Virus genome (UHGV): UHGV-1352853
Source: a virus
Length of the DNA stretch: 64,000 nucleotides
Reading direction: 5' to 3' (one strand)
A model generated the notes under the pieces. It had not been told where the DNA came from. It saw nothing but the letters and a program-made list of their open reading frames with translations, and ran no database searches. Each line of letters begins with the position of its first letter. Within the stretch, counting starts at the first letter, position 1. Position numbers and translations under genes: made by a program. Below are positions 46,711-59,300 of the stretch, one piece after another.

Positions 46711-46748
46711 CGGCTCACTGGGGTAACTCCGTGGGCCGTTTCTTTTTG
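46711..46748 (+). terminator. rho-independent terminator (plus strand)
   Basis: Stem cggctcac/gtgggccg (8 bp including one G-U) followed by TTTCTTTTTG. Confidence 0.55.
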
Positions 46749-46759
46749 AACCAAGAGGA

Positions 46760-47602
46760 ATGATTATGTCTTGTTCTGCTGAGGTAGAAGCTAACCGACT
46801 CCTAGTAGAGTTAACTAAGGGTGATGACTTTACTCTGCCCAATGTTGATATGTCCGGTCCTGCATGGGATATCCCAGGTGGAGATACTTCCCCAATCTTT
46901 GGTGCTATTGATAAAGTAACCAATGAGTCACTCACTACTCGTGAAGTAGGTGGTAGTGGTACGTTTGATGCATTAATGGAATCTGCACACAATCATCTCA
47001 AAGCCGAGTTTAAAGCTAACCGTATTACTGGTGGTGAATATACCAAAGCGTACATTGCTATGATGGAAGCCTGTATGAGTAATGCTGTTCAGTTCTTACT
47101 TGGGCGTGACCAAGCATACTGGGCTGCTGCTATGGCACAGATTCAGGCAGTTACTGCACGTGTTGGTTTAGCAACTGCTAAGGCTCAGTTTGTACTTGCT
47201 AAGGTACAGGCACTGTCTACTAAGTCTGAGTATGCCTTAACTAAGCTGAAGCTCTCTAATGAGGGTCAAAATTACTGTGCTGCAAAATTCAATGTGGATG
47301 AGATTCTTCCAGCTCAGGAACGTTTACTTAAAGAACAGTATGAAGTACAGCGTGCACAGACCATGGAAACACGTTCAGACTCATTGCCTATTGCTGGTTC
47401 TATTGGTAAACAGAAAGAATTGTACTCTCAACAGATTACTTCTTATCAACGGGATGCAGAAGTGAAGGCATCCAAGCTGTTTACTGATGCATGGATTACT
47501 CAGAAGACTATTGATGAAGGTTTGAATCCACCTAATGGTTTTACTAACGCAAGTATTGATACCATCTTGGACAAGCTGAAATCTAACAACGGGCTGAACT
47601 AA
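46760..47602 (+). CDS. virion structural protein (280 aa)
   Basis: Position in the structural module. Confidence 0.45.
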   Translation: MIMSCSAEVEANRLLVELTKGDDFTLPNVDMSGPAWDIPGGDTSPIFGAIDKVTNESLTTREVGGSGTFDALMESAHNHLKAEFKANRITGGEYTKAYIAMMEACMSNAVQFLLGRDQAYWAAAMAQIQAVTARVGLATAKAQFVLAKVQALSTKSEYALTKLKLSNEGQNYCAAKFNVDEILPAQERLLKEQYEVQRAQTMETRSDSLPIAGSIGKQKELYSQQITSYQRDAEVKASKLFTDAWITQKTIDEGLNPPNGFTNASIDTILDKLKSNNGLN

Positions 47603-47603
47603 T

Positions 47604-50258
47604 ATGGGCTTATTCAGTGGGAAGACTAAAGTATACGTAGCATCCTCTGTCTACAATATGGCAGGGGATATACATAAGCGTCCAAACTATATGAAGACTG
47701 TAGTTATCGGTAAGATTGTTGCTGATACTGGATTTACTATGGCAGATACTATCTCTGATAGTTACCTGAACGGACCGGGTACTCGTATGCGATTGTTCTC
47801 TAGCTGGAGTAAGAATCACTATGACTCTATCGTTGGTATGGCTGGTTCCTCATTGGGTGTATTAGCCAAGATTGACCCTGCTGTTATAGAGGGTCAAATT
47901 ACCCCTCCTGCCGGGGAATCTGTCTATGTTCAGGCAGCAAATATTGGCTTTGCTGATTTTGAGCAGTGGTGTGACCAGTATCTTTATGAGAATGCCCCAA
48001 GTCGAATCATGGAACGATTCGACATAGACATTAACGAGGACACTAATGAAATTACTATGACCTCCTTAGATGGAGGCTCTACTATTACATTTACACCTAC
48101 CAACTTTGAACCAGGTGCTCTGTATCTCTATGCTGATTACACATTCTATAAGTCACCTACTACCTACCCACCCGTAGAAGGTCCGACTACTGTCTATGAT
48201 AATGAAGATGATTTACCGTCTACCTTGTTGTGGACTACTGTCACCAGTGATACGACAGCTAATACAACTAACCTTACTAAGACTATACAGACTCATTCGG
48301 TTTATTCTGACGGTAGACCGGATGAGGACAGTACTGTTACTGAACCAAGTGTGGATAACTGGAACTCTTACGTTAAGGTTTATCGTAGGGGATTCACTGA
48401 GAAACCAGATGATGTAACTGTAGTTGTATCTGACAGGGTAATGACTCATAAAAAGTTTGGTGAGATTCAATCCAGTACTTCTGTAACTACTAATGTAGTT
48501 GATATAGGTAATGGTGTTACTCGTACAGATACGATCACCACTACTACTGAGACACTGGTTCGTAAGTATTCCTCCCAGACTACTCATACTGACACTGAAA
48601 TGACTGCTGTTAGTACTCCCAAGATGCTCATCTATAAGCATAACTCTGGCAATACTGTACTAGACTCATTATTTGAGACTGAAGCTACTGATAACCGATT
48701 CTATCCATTTATTCCAATCAGGAATGATAAACAATGGGTAGAGAATGACCCAATTTACCCACACTGTAAAAAGGCTCTTTATAAAGCCACTGGGGGTAAA
48801 CTTAATAAAGTAACAGCAGAGCTTAAGAAAAATAATGATATAGGGGATATACAGTACATCTACGGTACATTTGGTGTATCTCTTAATACTCCAGAGGATA
48901 CTGCTAAGGAATACATCTATCGTTTTTTTCAGATGGCTACCGAAGCGTTTCCACCTGACCCAACATACCCAACTCTGGAATCAGTAATTGCAGGATACCA
49001 GGCAGCCAATGATGCAGTTGATGCATATGTAGAATGGTGGAACAGGCAGGAAGGTCATATTGTTGGAACACCTCCCCCCTTGCCAGAATACCCTGTCATA
49101 CCTAAGCGAGAGTTTAGGGTACATAGTAATAAGCAGTACAAATACGACATGACTATTAGCTGGAATTATGTATTTGAAACTACTCACTCAGGTAAAGCAT
49201 GGTCTGGTGCTAAACAAGGGCAACTTCGAGCCAGGTATGCAGGGGATATAACTCTTACACGCAAGAACATACGTACAGCTAGTAACTCTGGTTCAGCTAA
49301 AAGATTAGAAGTTACTCCTACGTTTTACTCTATGCAGGAATATGAGTTGCTTTGGCAAGATGGTAATAACACCTATCGTAAACTTAGGGTGCTGGGCTTA
49401 CACCATAGCAACAGGGTTTATAAAAACAAGTCAGTGAATATTGATGTTGCTGAAGCTATGGGTGATGCAGAGGAGAGTGGATTCATAATCCCCCTACATA
49501 CTAATATCTATCGTTCTATGTCACTGGTTCGTGGTACTCAGTTATCTACTGCTTGCTCCTACTTAGTGATGAACTCATACAAAAAGGTTAAGAAGAAGTG
49601 GTATCAAACTTCTGCCTTTAAGATTGTGGTGGTTGTGGTTGCTGTAGTTGCATCCGTATTTACTATGGGTGCAGGTGGTGCTGGTATTCTTGGAGCTTAC
49701 GGTGCAGTCGGTGCATCACTCGGTTTTGTTGGATTGGCTGCCGTAATAGTAGGTGCTGTAGCAAACACCATTGCTGCAATGATTCTGATATCCATCACTA
49801 CTAAAGTAGCTACTTCACTGTTTGGCGATAAGCTAGGTTTTATCATTGCTGCTATTGCCTCGATGGTAGCCATGAATGTTGGTACTGCTTTATCTACTGG
49901 TACGTCCTTATCTTCTCTAGCCGGTGAAATGATGAATGCCCAAAACATCATGCAGCTTACTAGTTCGGTTGGTAATGGTATTAGTCAGTATATTAATGCA
50001 TCCACGGCTGCTACTATTCAGAAAGCAGAGAAAGTAATGCAGCAGTACAATACTGATATGATGGCAATCAATAAGCAGTATGAAGAGATGTTTGGTACTG
50101 CTGGGCAGGGTGTAATTGACCCTATGCAATTCGTGTCAATGGAGTCGTTGGATTCATTCCTTTCACGTACTCTTATGACTGGTTCGGATATAGCTGACAT
50201 GTCCTTAAGCATGATAGGTAACTACTCCGATATGACTCTCAATACTGACCTTGTTTAA
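47604..50258 (+). CDS. large internal virion protein (884 aa) with C-terminal Gly/Ala-rich multi-helix hydrophobic region
   Basis: Residues ~650-760 (VVVVAVVASVFTMGAGGAGILGAYGAVGASLGFVGLAAVIVGAVANTIAAMILISI...) are glycine-zipper-like and membrane-active. Confidence 0.45.
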   Translation: MGLFSGKTKVYVASSVYNMAGDIHKRPNYMKTVVIGKIVADTGFTMADTISDSYLNGPGTRMRLFSSWSKNHYDSIVGMAGSSLGVLAKIDPAVIEGQITPPAGESVYVQAANIGFADFEQWCDQYLYENAPSRIMERFDIDINEDTNEITMTSLDGGSTITFTPTNFEPGALYLYADYTFYKSPTTYPPVEGPTTVYDNEDDLPSTLLWTTVTSDTTANTTNLTKTIQTHSVYSDGRPDEDSTVTEPSVDNWNSYVKVYRRGFTEKPDDVTVVVSDRVMTHKKFGEIQSSTSVTTNVVDIGNGVTRTDTITTTTETLVRKYSSQTTHTDTEMTAVSTPKMLIYKHNSGNTVLDSLFETEATDNRFYPFIPIRNDKQWVENDPIYPHCKKALYKATGGKLNKVTAELKKNNDIGDIQYIYGTFGVSLNTPEDTAKEYIYRFFQMATEAFPPDPTYPTLESVIAGYQAANDAVDAYVEWWNRQEGHIVGTPPPLPEYPVIPKREFRVHSNKQYKYDMTISWNYVFETTHSGKAWSGAKQGQLRARYAGDITLTRKNIRTASNSGSAKRLEVTPTFYSMQEYELLWQDGNNTYRKLRVLGLHHSNRVYKNKSVNIDVAEAMGDAEESGFIIPLHTNIYRSMSLVRGTQLSTACSYLVMNSYKKVKKKWYQTSAFKIVVVVVAVVASVFTMGAGGAGILGAYGAVGASLGFVGLAAVIVGAVANTIAAMILISITTKVATSLFGDKLGFIIAAIASMVAMNVGTALSTGTSLSSLAGEMMNAQNIMQLTSSVGNGISQYINASTAATIQKAEKVMQQYNTDMMAINKQYEEMFGTAGQGVIDPMQFVSMESLDSFLSRTLMTGSDIADMSLSMIGNYSDMTLNTDLV

Positions 50259-50271
50259 CAGGAGAATCCTC

Positions 50272-50715
50272 ATGGATTTGTCATTCTTTACGGGCAACCC
50301 AACTCCACAGCCAGCGGCTATGTCTTGGATGCCCAATAATAATCAGAACTTTAATACCCCTGCTATGAATTACATCCCAGGTGCATCCATTGGTATGGGT
50401 ACAAATGCAGGAGTATCTTCTCCTACTTCTTTCTTGTCTGGTTCAGCTAATCAGTTGGGAATGAACGTACCTACCTTCCAGTTAGGGCTTGGTGCACTTG
50501 GTTCATTAGCTAATATCTACAGTGGTTTTCAGGCTAATAAGTTAGCCAAAGACCAGTTGAACTTTACCAAGAGTGTTACTAACACTAACCTGAATAGCCA
50601 GATTAAGTCTTATAACACTGCACTGGAAGACCGTGCTCGTAGCCGTGCTACAGCAGAGAATCGTGACCAGTCTACTGCTGATGCTTATATTGCAGCTAAT
50701 AAATTAACCCGTTAA
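50272..50715 (+). CDS. virion protein (147 aa)
   Basis: Start at MDLSFF with AGGAGA SD. The ORF-track TTG start is less likely. Confidence 0.4.
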   Translation: MDLSFFTGNPTPQPAAMSWMPNNNQNFNTPAMNYIPGASIGMGTNAGVSSPTSFLSGSANQLGMNVPTFQLGLGALGSLANIYSGFQANKLAKDQLNFTKSVTNTNLNSQIKSYNTALEDRARSRATAENRDQSTADAYIAANKLTR

Positions 50716-50788
50716 TAGGAAACCATCATGGCTCATTGAGTTTTGGGTATTGTTTAGTTAGTATGTGCCATAAAAAAGGGGAACAGCT

Positions 50789-51325
50789 ATGAAACAATAC
50801 CCAAACTCAAATATTAATGTTCAGTGGAAACCTGCTCATATGGTTAACTCTGGTTGTAAGTTTTCTACTAAAACAGAAGATGGCAGTAAAACATGCTCTG
50901 CATACGTAAGATGGTGGGGGATGTTTATGCGGTGCTACAATCCGACTAATCCTGGGTATCCTCAATACGGTGCGAGGGGGGTTGTTGTTAGTAAAGAGTG
51001 GGGTAATTACCAAGACTTTGCTCAGTGGTACTATGATACCTGTTTCCTTTTAGGTATTGACCCAGAAAACAATAACTTTCAACTGGATAAAGATAATGGG
51101 CCAGTCCCTGAGTATAGTCCAAAAGTTTGTAAACTAATCCCAGTGTCAGACAACGTAGCTAAGGCTAATAGTAAGTCCCACTGGTACATAGACCCCAATG
51201 GTGATGTTGTGGAAATTATTAATTTAAACAAATTCTGCCGAGAGCATGGGTTAAGTCGTAAGCAAATGTATCGTTTGCGGGATGGTACTTGTGAATCTCA
51301 TCGTGGATGGAGGTTTTACGTATGA
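50789..51325 (+). CDS. homing-endonuclease-like / DNA-binding ORF inserted in the structural module (178 aa); family uncertain
   Basis: Own SD (AAGGGGA), flanked by intergenic spacers. The motif W..M..RCYNP....Y..YGARGV.V...W..F..F..W resembles the DNA-binding module of free-standing phage endonucleases. This family call is uncertain. Confidence 0.3.
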   Translation: MKQYPNSNINVQWKPAHMVNSGCKFSTKTEDGSKTCSAYVRWWGMFMRCYNPTNPGYPQYGARGVVVSKEWGNYQDFAQWYYDTCFLLGIDPENNNFQLDKDNGPVPEYSPKVCKLIPVSDNVAKANSKSHWYIDPNGDVVEIINLNKFCREHGLSRKQMYRLRDGTCESHRGWRFYV

Positions 51326-53286
51326 GTCAGATAACCTGGCGTAATGTTGACGCACCTAACTTCTCCGGAGTAGGTGACAGCATTCGCACATTTGGCAGCA
51401 TGATTGGTAACGCCACCTCCGGCTTAAGTGATGCACTGGGTAACTTCCAGAACGCTGCCAAGCAGGAGGCAGGCAATGCCGTCATGATGAATGCTATGCA
51501 GTACCAAGATCCTACTGAGTACCGTAATGCTTTGGCATCAGGTGCACTGTTTCAGGGGGTTGACCCTTCTCTGGTAAGCCAACGTACTCTCCAGAATCTG
51601 GATGAGCGAGCAGGTACATTGTTGAATCAACAAGGGCAGCAAGGAACCAACGACTATAATGCTTATAATTTTGGTCGCTTAAAGGACATTAACTCTGCAT
51701 TGGATAATGCTTCCCCAGCTATTCGTTTACTGTCCGAGGCTTACCAGTCTGGTGACCAGAATCGTATTAATACTGCATTAGGTCAGACCCGTGAGGCATT
51801 ATCTACACTTCCTGCTGACAAGCAGTTAGAAATGTTAGATCGTTTACAAGGACAGGGTGGTGCTGCTATTAATCAGGCGAGCAATCGTTTTGATTTGGGT
51901 GTTGCTCAACGTAATGATGCCGATAGTCAGGCAGCTATGGGTGTAATGGCACAGATTACCCGTGGTGCTGAGAACCCTAATGATGCCCGTCTGTTGGCAG
52001 AAGCATACAGTAAGAACCTGTCTCCAGTTGCACAGGCACGCTTGCAGGGATTACTGGCTAATGCTTACCCGGGTGTTTACGGTAATGGTGTAGGTGCTAC
52101 GTCTGCTCCTGGTACTGCTGGTACTCGTCAGGGTTCACCTTACGATGTTACTTATCAGTTTGCTGGTACATCTACTCCTATTACTCAAATGAGTATTGGT
52201 GATGTAATTAAACACCAGGATGGTATGAAATCGAACCAGGGTGCTTCACCTGTTGGTGCATTCCAGATTAACCAAGCTACTCTGAAAGACTTCGCTCCCA
52301 AAGTTCTTGGTTCAGATTGGCAAAGTCAGCCTCTTTCTGCTGAGAACCAGGATAAGATTGGTAAGGCTATCTTCGAGTCTCGTAAGAATGGCAACCTTAA
52401 AGATACCTGGGCTGCTCTTCCTAACTCTACCCCGGGTGCTTATAAGGACATGACTTGGGAAGAGATTAAACCTGTTATTGCCCAAGCTGAAGTAGGGGCT
52501 GACCCACTCGCTATGGTTCAGAATAATCAAGGCAATCAGGCAGTATCTACCTTGGCTCAGGGTATGATTGGTACACGTTCTATGCAGGATAATACCGGTA
52601 GTCTTAATACTGACTTCCTTGGTACTGTCACTGATAATACCCCAGTAGGTGAGATTGCTAACCGTCTGTTGGAAGGTGATTTTAAAGGTGCTGACCGTAA
52701 CTGGGTACTGAACCGACTGAACGATATTTCTCAACGTGGAAATATGTCACCAGCTATGGCTGCTGCTGTTATGCAACGTGCACAGACTGGTGTACCAGAA
52801 GGTTATATTAGTCGTGCTATTGATGCAGTTAACCCATTCATTACCAACGAAGCCGGTAATGGTATGCGTCTTAATGACCGTCAGGTAGAACAGTTAATTG
52901 AGGGTGTGAAACGGGGAGAACCACTGGAAGGTAGTGTTCGTAACCTTGGTCGTGCTCAGGCTATGCAGAATATTCAGGCAGCACAGACTGCATATGATGC
53001 TGCTGTAGCTGCACTGACAAATACCCAGAACAAGATTAACACCGGACAAACAGGACTTACTGCATTGTTACCTGCACGTCAGGAAGCTGTTACTAAAGCT
53101 GCTGCAATGCTACAAGCTGCACAAGCCCAAGTACAAGCAGACCCAGCTAACCTGGCTCCAAGGGGTTTTCAGTCACAGGCTAGTGTAGACAGGGCACGAG
53201 CCAAGGAAGATGAAGAACGTGCTGCACGTTACCTACGTCAGGCACAAGGTTTGCCTGAGTATATGCAACCAAGACAAAATCGGTAA
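51322..53286 (+). CDS. internal virion protein (655 aa), Gln/Ala-rich
   Basis: Start at MSQITW with GGAGG SD and an ATGA overlap. Sits between the small virion proteins and vRNAP, as in N4-like genomes. Confidence 0.45.
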   Translation: MSQITWRNVDAPNFSGVGDSIRTFGSMIGNATSGLSDALGNFQNAAKQEAGNAVMMNAMQYQDPTEYRNALASGALFQGVDPSLVSQRTLQNLDERAGTLLNQQGQQGTNDYNAYNFGRLKDINSALDNASPAIRLLSEAYQSGDQNRINTALGQTREALSTLPADKQLEMLDRLQGQGGAAINQASNRFDLGVAQRNDADSQAAMGVMAQITRGAENPNDARLLAEAYSKNLSPVAQARLQGLLANAYPGVYGNGVGATSAPGTAGTRQGSPYDVTYQFAGTSTPITQMSIGDVIKHQDGMKSNQGASPVGAFQINQATLKDFAPKVLGSDWQSQPLSAENQDKIGKAIFESRKNGNLKDTWAALPNSTPGAYKDMTWEEIKPVIAQAEVGADPLAMVQNNQGNQAVSTLAQGMIGTRSMQDNTGSLNTDFLGTVTDNTPVGEIANRLLEGDFKGADRNWVLNRLNDISQRGNMSPAMAAAVMQRAQTGVPEGYISRAIDAVNPFITNEAGNGMRLNDRQVEQLIEGVKRGEPLEGSVRNLGRAQAMQNIQAAQTAYDAAVAALTNTQNKINTGQTGLTALLPARQEAVTKAAAMLQAAQAQVQADPANLAPRGFQSQASVDRARAKEDEERAARYLRQAQGLPEYMQPRQNR

Positions 53287-53293
53287 TACTAAT

Positions 53294-53316
53294 AAAAGCC
53301 CTTCGGGGCTTTTTTC
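53294..53316 (+). terminator. rho-independent terminator (plus strand)
   Basis: aaagccc-ttcg-gggcttttttc. Confidence 0.7.
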
Positions 53317-53324
53317 TTACACAG

Positions 53325-53342
53325 GCTTACTGTAGAGTAAGC
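53325..53342. promoter_or_regulatory. perfect 7 bp inverted repeat gcttact-gtag-agtaagc immediately upstream of the vRNAP gene
   Basis: Seen directly, between the terminator and the vRNAP start. Confidence 0.3.
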
Positions 53343-53380
53343 TTCCTATATACGATATAAGTTTGAACAGGAAACATGCT

Positions 53381-56300
53381 ATGTCAACATTTGACCGTCT
53401 GGCAGGTTTCGCAGACAGCATCACTAATGCTAAGCAAGTCGATGTCTCTACTGCAACCTCTCAGAAGCAAGCTGCACAAGGGCAAAGCCCTTTCCAATTA
53501 ACCCCGGAGAATGCTTACAATCTCCAAACCGGACGAGTAGGTAATTTAGGAATCGGTGCGTTCGAACCAGGTTCTCTTCAGGCAGATTTCACTCAAGCCT
53601 CCCCATTAGAAATTCTTAATAAATACGGTAATGAGCAAGGTCTACAGATTATTAATAGCCGAGCTAATGCTGCTGATGCTGTACGTCAAGACTTATCTAA
53701 ACAACGTACTAACGCAGAAGCATTTGGCGATACTCTTTCTGGTGTTGGTCTTGGTGTTGCTAATACCCTTGGGGGCATTGCTGCTCTTGGCACAGGTCTG
53801 GTCAATGATAATGCCGGGGCATCCATTGCTTCTGGGATGGATTGGCTGAATGAAGGTGTACATAATCTACAGTCTGATGCATTGAATGCTACCCGTAAGG
53901 TTGTTCAGAATCAGAACCAGATTTCTGCACAAAAGAACCAGAAACTATACGAACAAGACATCAAAAATGGGGAGAGCAGTTTGGTTGCCTCCTTGTCTCG
54001 CATTGGTCGTGATGCTTTTGATTCTGTTGCTAATACACTTGATAACGGTATGGCTGCTACTGATGGGCTAAGTGAAGGTGTTGGTTCCCTCTTTACTGGT
54101 GGTCCACTTATCCGTGGTGTATCTGCACTCGGCAAAGTAATGGTAGGTGGTGATAAAGCCGTTAAGGGTATTACCTTAGCTGCTGAGTTAGGTTCTCGTC
54201 CTGCACAGGTTGCATTGTCTGCTGGTCGTGTTGCTGCACCTGCTATTGCAATTGGTGGTATGGAAGCTGGTGGTGCATACCAACAGACTGCTTCTGAAAT
54301 CATGAAGATGTCACATCAAGAATTAGCAAGTAAGTCTCCTGTTTATCAACAACATATTGCTGATGGTTTATCTCCTGATGAAGCTCGTCGTCAGACTGCA
54401 TCTGAAACAGGTATCATTGCTGCTGGCTTAACTGCTCCGGTTGCTGCTGCTACTGGTCCACTGGTATCTAAATTCGAACTTAATCCACTTAAGGTAGGCT
54501 CACTGGCTGGTGCAGGTTCTAACATGCTACGTGAGACTGTAGAAGAAGGTATCCAGTCTGGTACTAGTCAGTTTGCACAGAACAAGGCAATTCAGGGTAA
54601 TGTAGATACTAAGCGTGATTTGCTTAAAGGTGTTGGTGAACAAGCAGGTCTTGGTGCACTCTATGGCTTCGGTAGTGCTGGTGTTGCTCAGGCTCCAGGT
54701 GCAACTGTTAAAGCTGTTGATGCTGCTGCTGGGCCTGCTTTACGTACTACTCTGGCTGGTGCTTCCCTGGTTGGTAGTGCATTAGCAAAAGCTGCTTCCC
54801 CTATTACTAACATCCTGGTTCAACGTGGTGAAGAAGTAGCTAAGCGTAATGAACAAGCATCCCCTGTATCAGATGCTACGGTTAATGCTGCTGCGCAAGA
54901 AGCTACTGCTCAAGCAGAACAAGCACAAGCAACCGTACAGGAAGCAGTAGATGCAATGGACATTTCCCCTGAAGAGAAAGCTGCTGCTACTCAGTATGCT
55001 GCTGATTTAACTCAAGCAATGAAGTTTGACCCAGTAGAGCTAGAACAAGCTAATCCTGCAATCCGTGAAGCTGTTTCTGGTTCCACTAACCGTGTTGAAG
55101 CTATTCAGAAGATGGCTGACCTGGTTAATACTGCTGAAGACCCTAACGTTCAAATGGAAGCTGCAATTCAGATGTATGACAACATCATGTCTATGGATAG
55201 CTTCATTAACCGTGACCCGGGTGCTCTGGCTAATCTGGAACAAGGTTCCCCTGCTGCTAATATTGTTGACCAGTTCTCTGGTCTAATGGCTAACGTACAG
55301 AATACTCCAAAGGTACTTCGTGCATTCCGTGCCATTCATTCCATGATTCAGGAACAGGCTGAAGCAGGTAAACTGAAAGCTACTGAAGAAGCCAACCAAG
55401 CCCAAGCAAACAATATTGCTATGGCTGCTGATATGTCTCCAGAAGTACTGGATGCAGACTCAGTGAACATGGTTCTGAAGCACGCAAGTGAAGGTAAGAT
55501 TACGTTAGGGAATCGTCAGCGTGCTGCCCTGCAATCTGCTGCTGCTCTATTGCAAGGAGCACGAGAATTTGACGCTAAAGCAGAAGAACTGGGCTTACGT
55601 CCTCAGGACATTGTTAGTAAACAGATTAAAACCGACGAGTCTCGTTCTAATGAAGGTCAGTACTCTGCGTTGCAACATGCTAAACGCATTCGTTCTGCGT
55701 ACAACTCTGGTAACTTCGATTTGGCTTCCGCTTATCTCGACGACTTTATGAAGTTCGCCCAGCACATGCAGAATAAGGTCGGAGCGTTGAATGAGCATCT
55801 GATTTCGGGGAATGCGGATAAGAATAAGTCTGTTCATTATCAGGCTCTTACTCCCTCCCGTGAATGGGTACGTAGTCGTACTGGCCTCGGTGTCAATCCG
55901 TATGATACCAAGTCGGTTAAGTTTGCCCAGCAAGTAGGACTGGAGGCCAAAACCGTAGCTGATATTGCTAACGCACTTGCTACGGCTTACCCGGAGCTTA
56001 ATGTTTCTCATGTGAAAGTTACCCCATTGGATTCACGTCTGGACAAACCTGCTGCCCAGGTAGTTAAAGAGTTCCGTCAAGGTGGTCTTGATGCCACTCA
56101 ATCTCAACAGACTAATGAACCAGTGAATCAGGTTGATGAAACTCCTGTTACAAAACAGGAACCAGTTACCCCTACTGTACAGACTAAACCCTCTGTTAGT
56201 GAAGCTGTTAAAACAGAACCTGCTATTAAAGAGTCTAAACCACAGGTTGTAAAAGAACCTGAGAATCAGTCTGAAAAACAGGATGCTACCCTCACTAATG

Positions 56301-59300
56301 AGGATACCACTCAGGGAGTAGCTGAAACTAAAACGGAAATGGAAACAGTGTTCCCTGTCTATAACAACGACAAGACACCGAACCAGTTCCTGAAATCTTT
56401 TACTCTACCGGAAGAACCTAAGTCTCGTACCATTGGTTCAGAGTCCCCTTTGACTGATGTTAAGAAAGCACTGTCTTCTGTTGCTCGCTTTGAAGCATTT
56501 ACTCAAAAAGAAAATAACGCTCTCACAAGTGATGTGATTAAGCGTTATCAGGACTTATTCGATTTTGGTGAAACTCTGAAGACTACCCTGTCTGACCGTC
56601 TAGCTAAGTTCCTTGCTAACAAGAATGTTGGTAAACGCTTTGCAGAAGGTACTGAGGCTAACCGTTGGGTAGGTGGTAAGTTACTTAATATTGTAGAGAA
56701 AGATGGTGACACCTTTAAGTTCAATGACCAGTTATTAGAGACTGCTGTACTTGCTGGTCTGCAATGGCGACTGACTGCTACACAGAATGCTGCCATTAAA
56801 GACATGAAAGACGTAGCTGCTATTACTGGTGTAGAAGCATCCTTGTTACCTGATGGTATTCTGGCTGACTTTGAGAATGCTCAGACCCTGGTTGAAGCTA
56901 CTAACTCACTGGCCCAAAAGATTGAATCTTACTGGGGTTTGAATCGTAATCCAAATGCACCACTGGGTTATACCAAAGGTATCCCAATGGCAATGGCTAC
57001 AGAGATTCTGTCTTCTCTTATTGAGATGGGTGAAGTTAAAGAGTCTATGCTTGATGTGTCTGAGATTGACCCAGCCTCCAACAAGACTATTGGTCTATAT
57101 ACCATTGAGAAGCTGGATGATAACGACGCCATTAATAATTTCCCTACTGCTATTGAGGAAGCTGTCCTCGTAGAACCAGAAGAGAAAATGTACTTTGGTG
57201 ATGACATTCCTTCCGTGGCTCAAACTCAGTTACGTAACCCTGCTGTTAAGAATACCCCAGAGCAGAGGGCTGCATTGAAAGCTGAACAAGCTACCGAGTT
57301 CCGTGTACATATGCCGATGGTTAACTTCTATGAAGCATTGGGTCGTGACAACATTCTGGAACTGATGGGTGCTGGTACTCTTAATCCTGAACTACTGAAC
57401 GTGAATACCGCTAAATCACTGGAAGGTAAGAACCTGTCCGTATCTATGGCATATGATTCCCTGTTTGGTGTAATCAATCAAATTAAGGAACAAGAGAACG
57501 GTCTGGATACCCCTATTCATTACGGTTACAACATGACCCGTGTAGGTCGTATGCAGATGCTTGGTAAGAACAACCCACAATCCAGCAAGCTGGTTCGTGA
57601 GGCTATTCTGCCAACCTTCTCTACTATCGACTTGAGTAATGAAAACAGCCAAACGTTCTCTGACTTCCAGTTAGGTCTGGCTCAGGCATTAGGTATCAAG
57701 GTACATAACATGTCCCGTGAAGCTATGTCTGAAAAGTTGACCAAAGCTCTGGAAGGTAATCTGAAACCTGCTGTTGATATGATGGTTGAGTTTGATAAGT
57801 CTGGGCACTTACCTGCTGATGCAGTAGATATTCTGAAGACGTCTCTTGGTGGCGATAAATCCTTCGTAGCTCTTATGGCTCTTATGGAATATGCCCGTTA
57901 CCTGAACAGTGATGACCGTGCCAACTTTAATACCCCACTGTACGTTGAAGCCGATGGTGTAACTAACGGACCAATCAACGCAATGGTATTAATGACGGGT
58001 GGTAAGTTCACTTCAGACTGGATTAAGAATACTGCTAAAGGTGGTCTATTCTTTGGTAAAGCTGGTAAGACTATGAACGAACATCGTTCACAGGATGACA
58101 GCGTGGATTTGTATGAAGCATCTACCAACGGTCTGCAACAAGCTCTGAATGAGTTACGTACTACTTACCGTAACAACGTTCCGGTTATGAACCAGATGAA
58201 TCATCTCCAAAAGTTAATGGACCTGTTCATTAAAGACTTTAACCTGAACGAAGACGGTACTCTGGACCTGAAACGTGGTATTGCTAAAAATCCTCTGACC
58301 ATTACCATCTATGGTTCCGGTGCTCGCGGTATTGCTGGCAAGATGGTTAGTGCAATTACTGATACCATCTATGAACGCTTCAGTGACGTTCTGAAAGCAC
58401 GAGCTGCTGACCCTAGCATTTCCCCAGCTATGGCAATGTTTGGTAAGGAGGCTGCGTCTGAGGCTGATGCTCAGGCCATGCTGGATACTTTCCTTACATC
58501 TATGGAAGCACTGACTGGTAATGTTCCAGTTATGCGTAAAGGTGAGTTGTCTATTCAACAGGTAGAAGGTGCTCTGACTGGTAAGTTAGACCCTCAGAAG
58601 TTTACTGTATCTGGTAATGCTTTGAAGAACTTACAAGAGAACATGCTTCACTTGTTCGTTGAACCAATGCGTACCGGTATCCGCAATACTGTTGGAGAAG
58701 GTCTGATGCATTCTACTGAGAACTTGCAGAAGGCTACCCAGATTCAGTCTCTGGTATTGCAGGATATGTTCCAACAAGCAGTACAGACTAAGCTGGCAGA
58801 AAAAGAAAAAGACCCAACATGGAAGAAGGGGGATTTCTTAACACAGAAAGAACTGAATGAAATCCAGGAATCATTATCTCCACTGGCTCCAATGATTGAG
58901 ACTGGTTCACAGACTTTCTACATTGCCGGTAGTGAAAACACTGATGTTGCTAACCAAGTACTGGCTACCAACTTGGATGACCGTATGCGTGTGCCAATGA
59001 GCATCTATGCTCCTTCACAGGCAGGTGTTGCAGGTATTCCATTTATGACCATTGGTACTGGCGATGGCATGATGATGCAGACCCTTTCTACTATGAAAGG
59101 TGCTCCGAAGAATACCCTGAAAATCTTTGATGGTATGAACATTGGTATCAATGACATCACTGATGCAAGTCGTAAAGCTAACGAGGCTGTATATACTTCC
59201 TGGCAGGGGAATCCTATCAAGAATGTTTATGACTCCTTCTCTAAGTTCATGAAGAATGTAGACTTCAGCAAACTGTCTGATGAAACTAAACAGGCTATCG

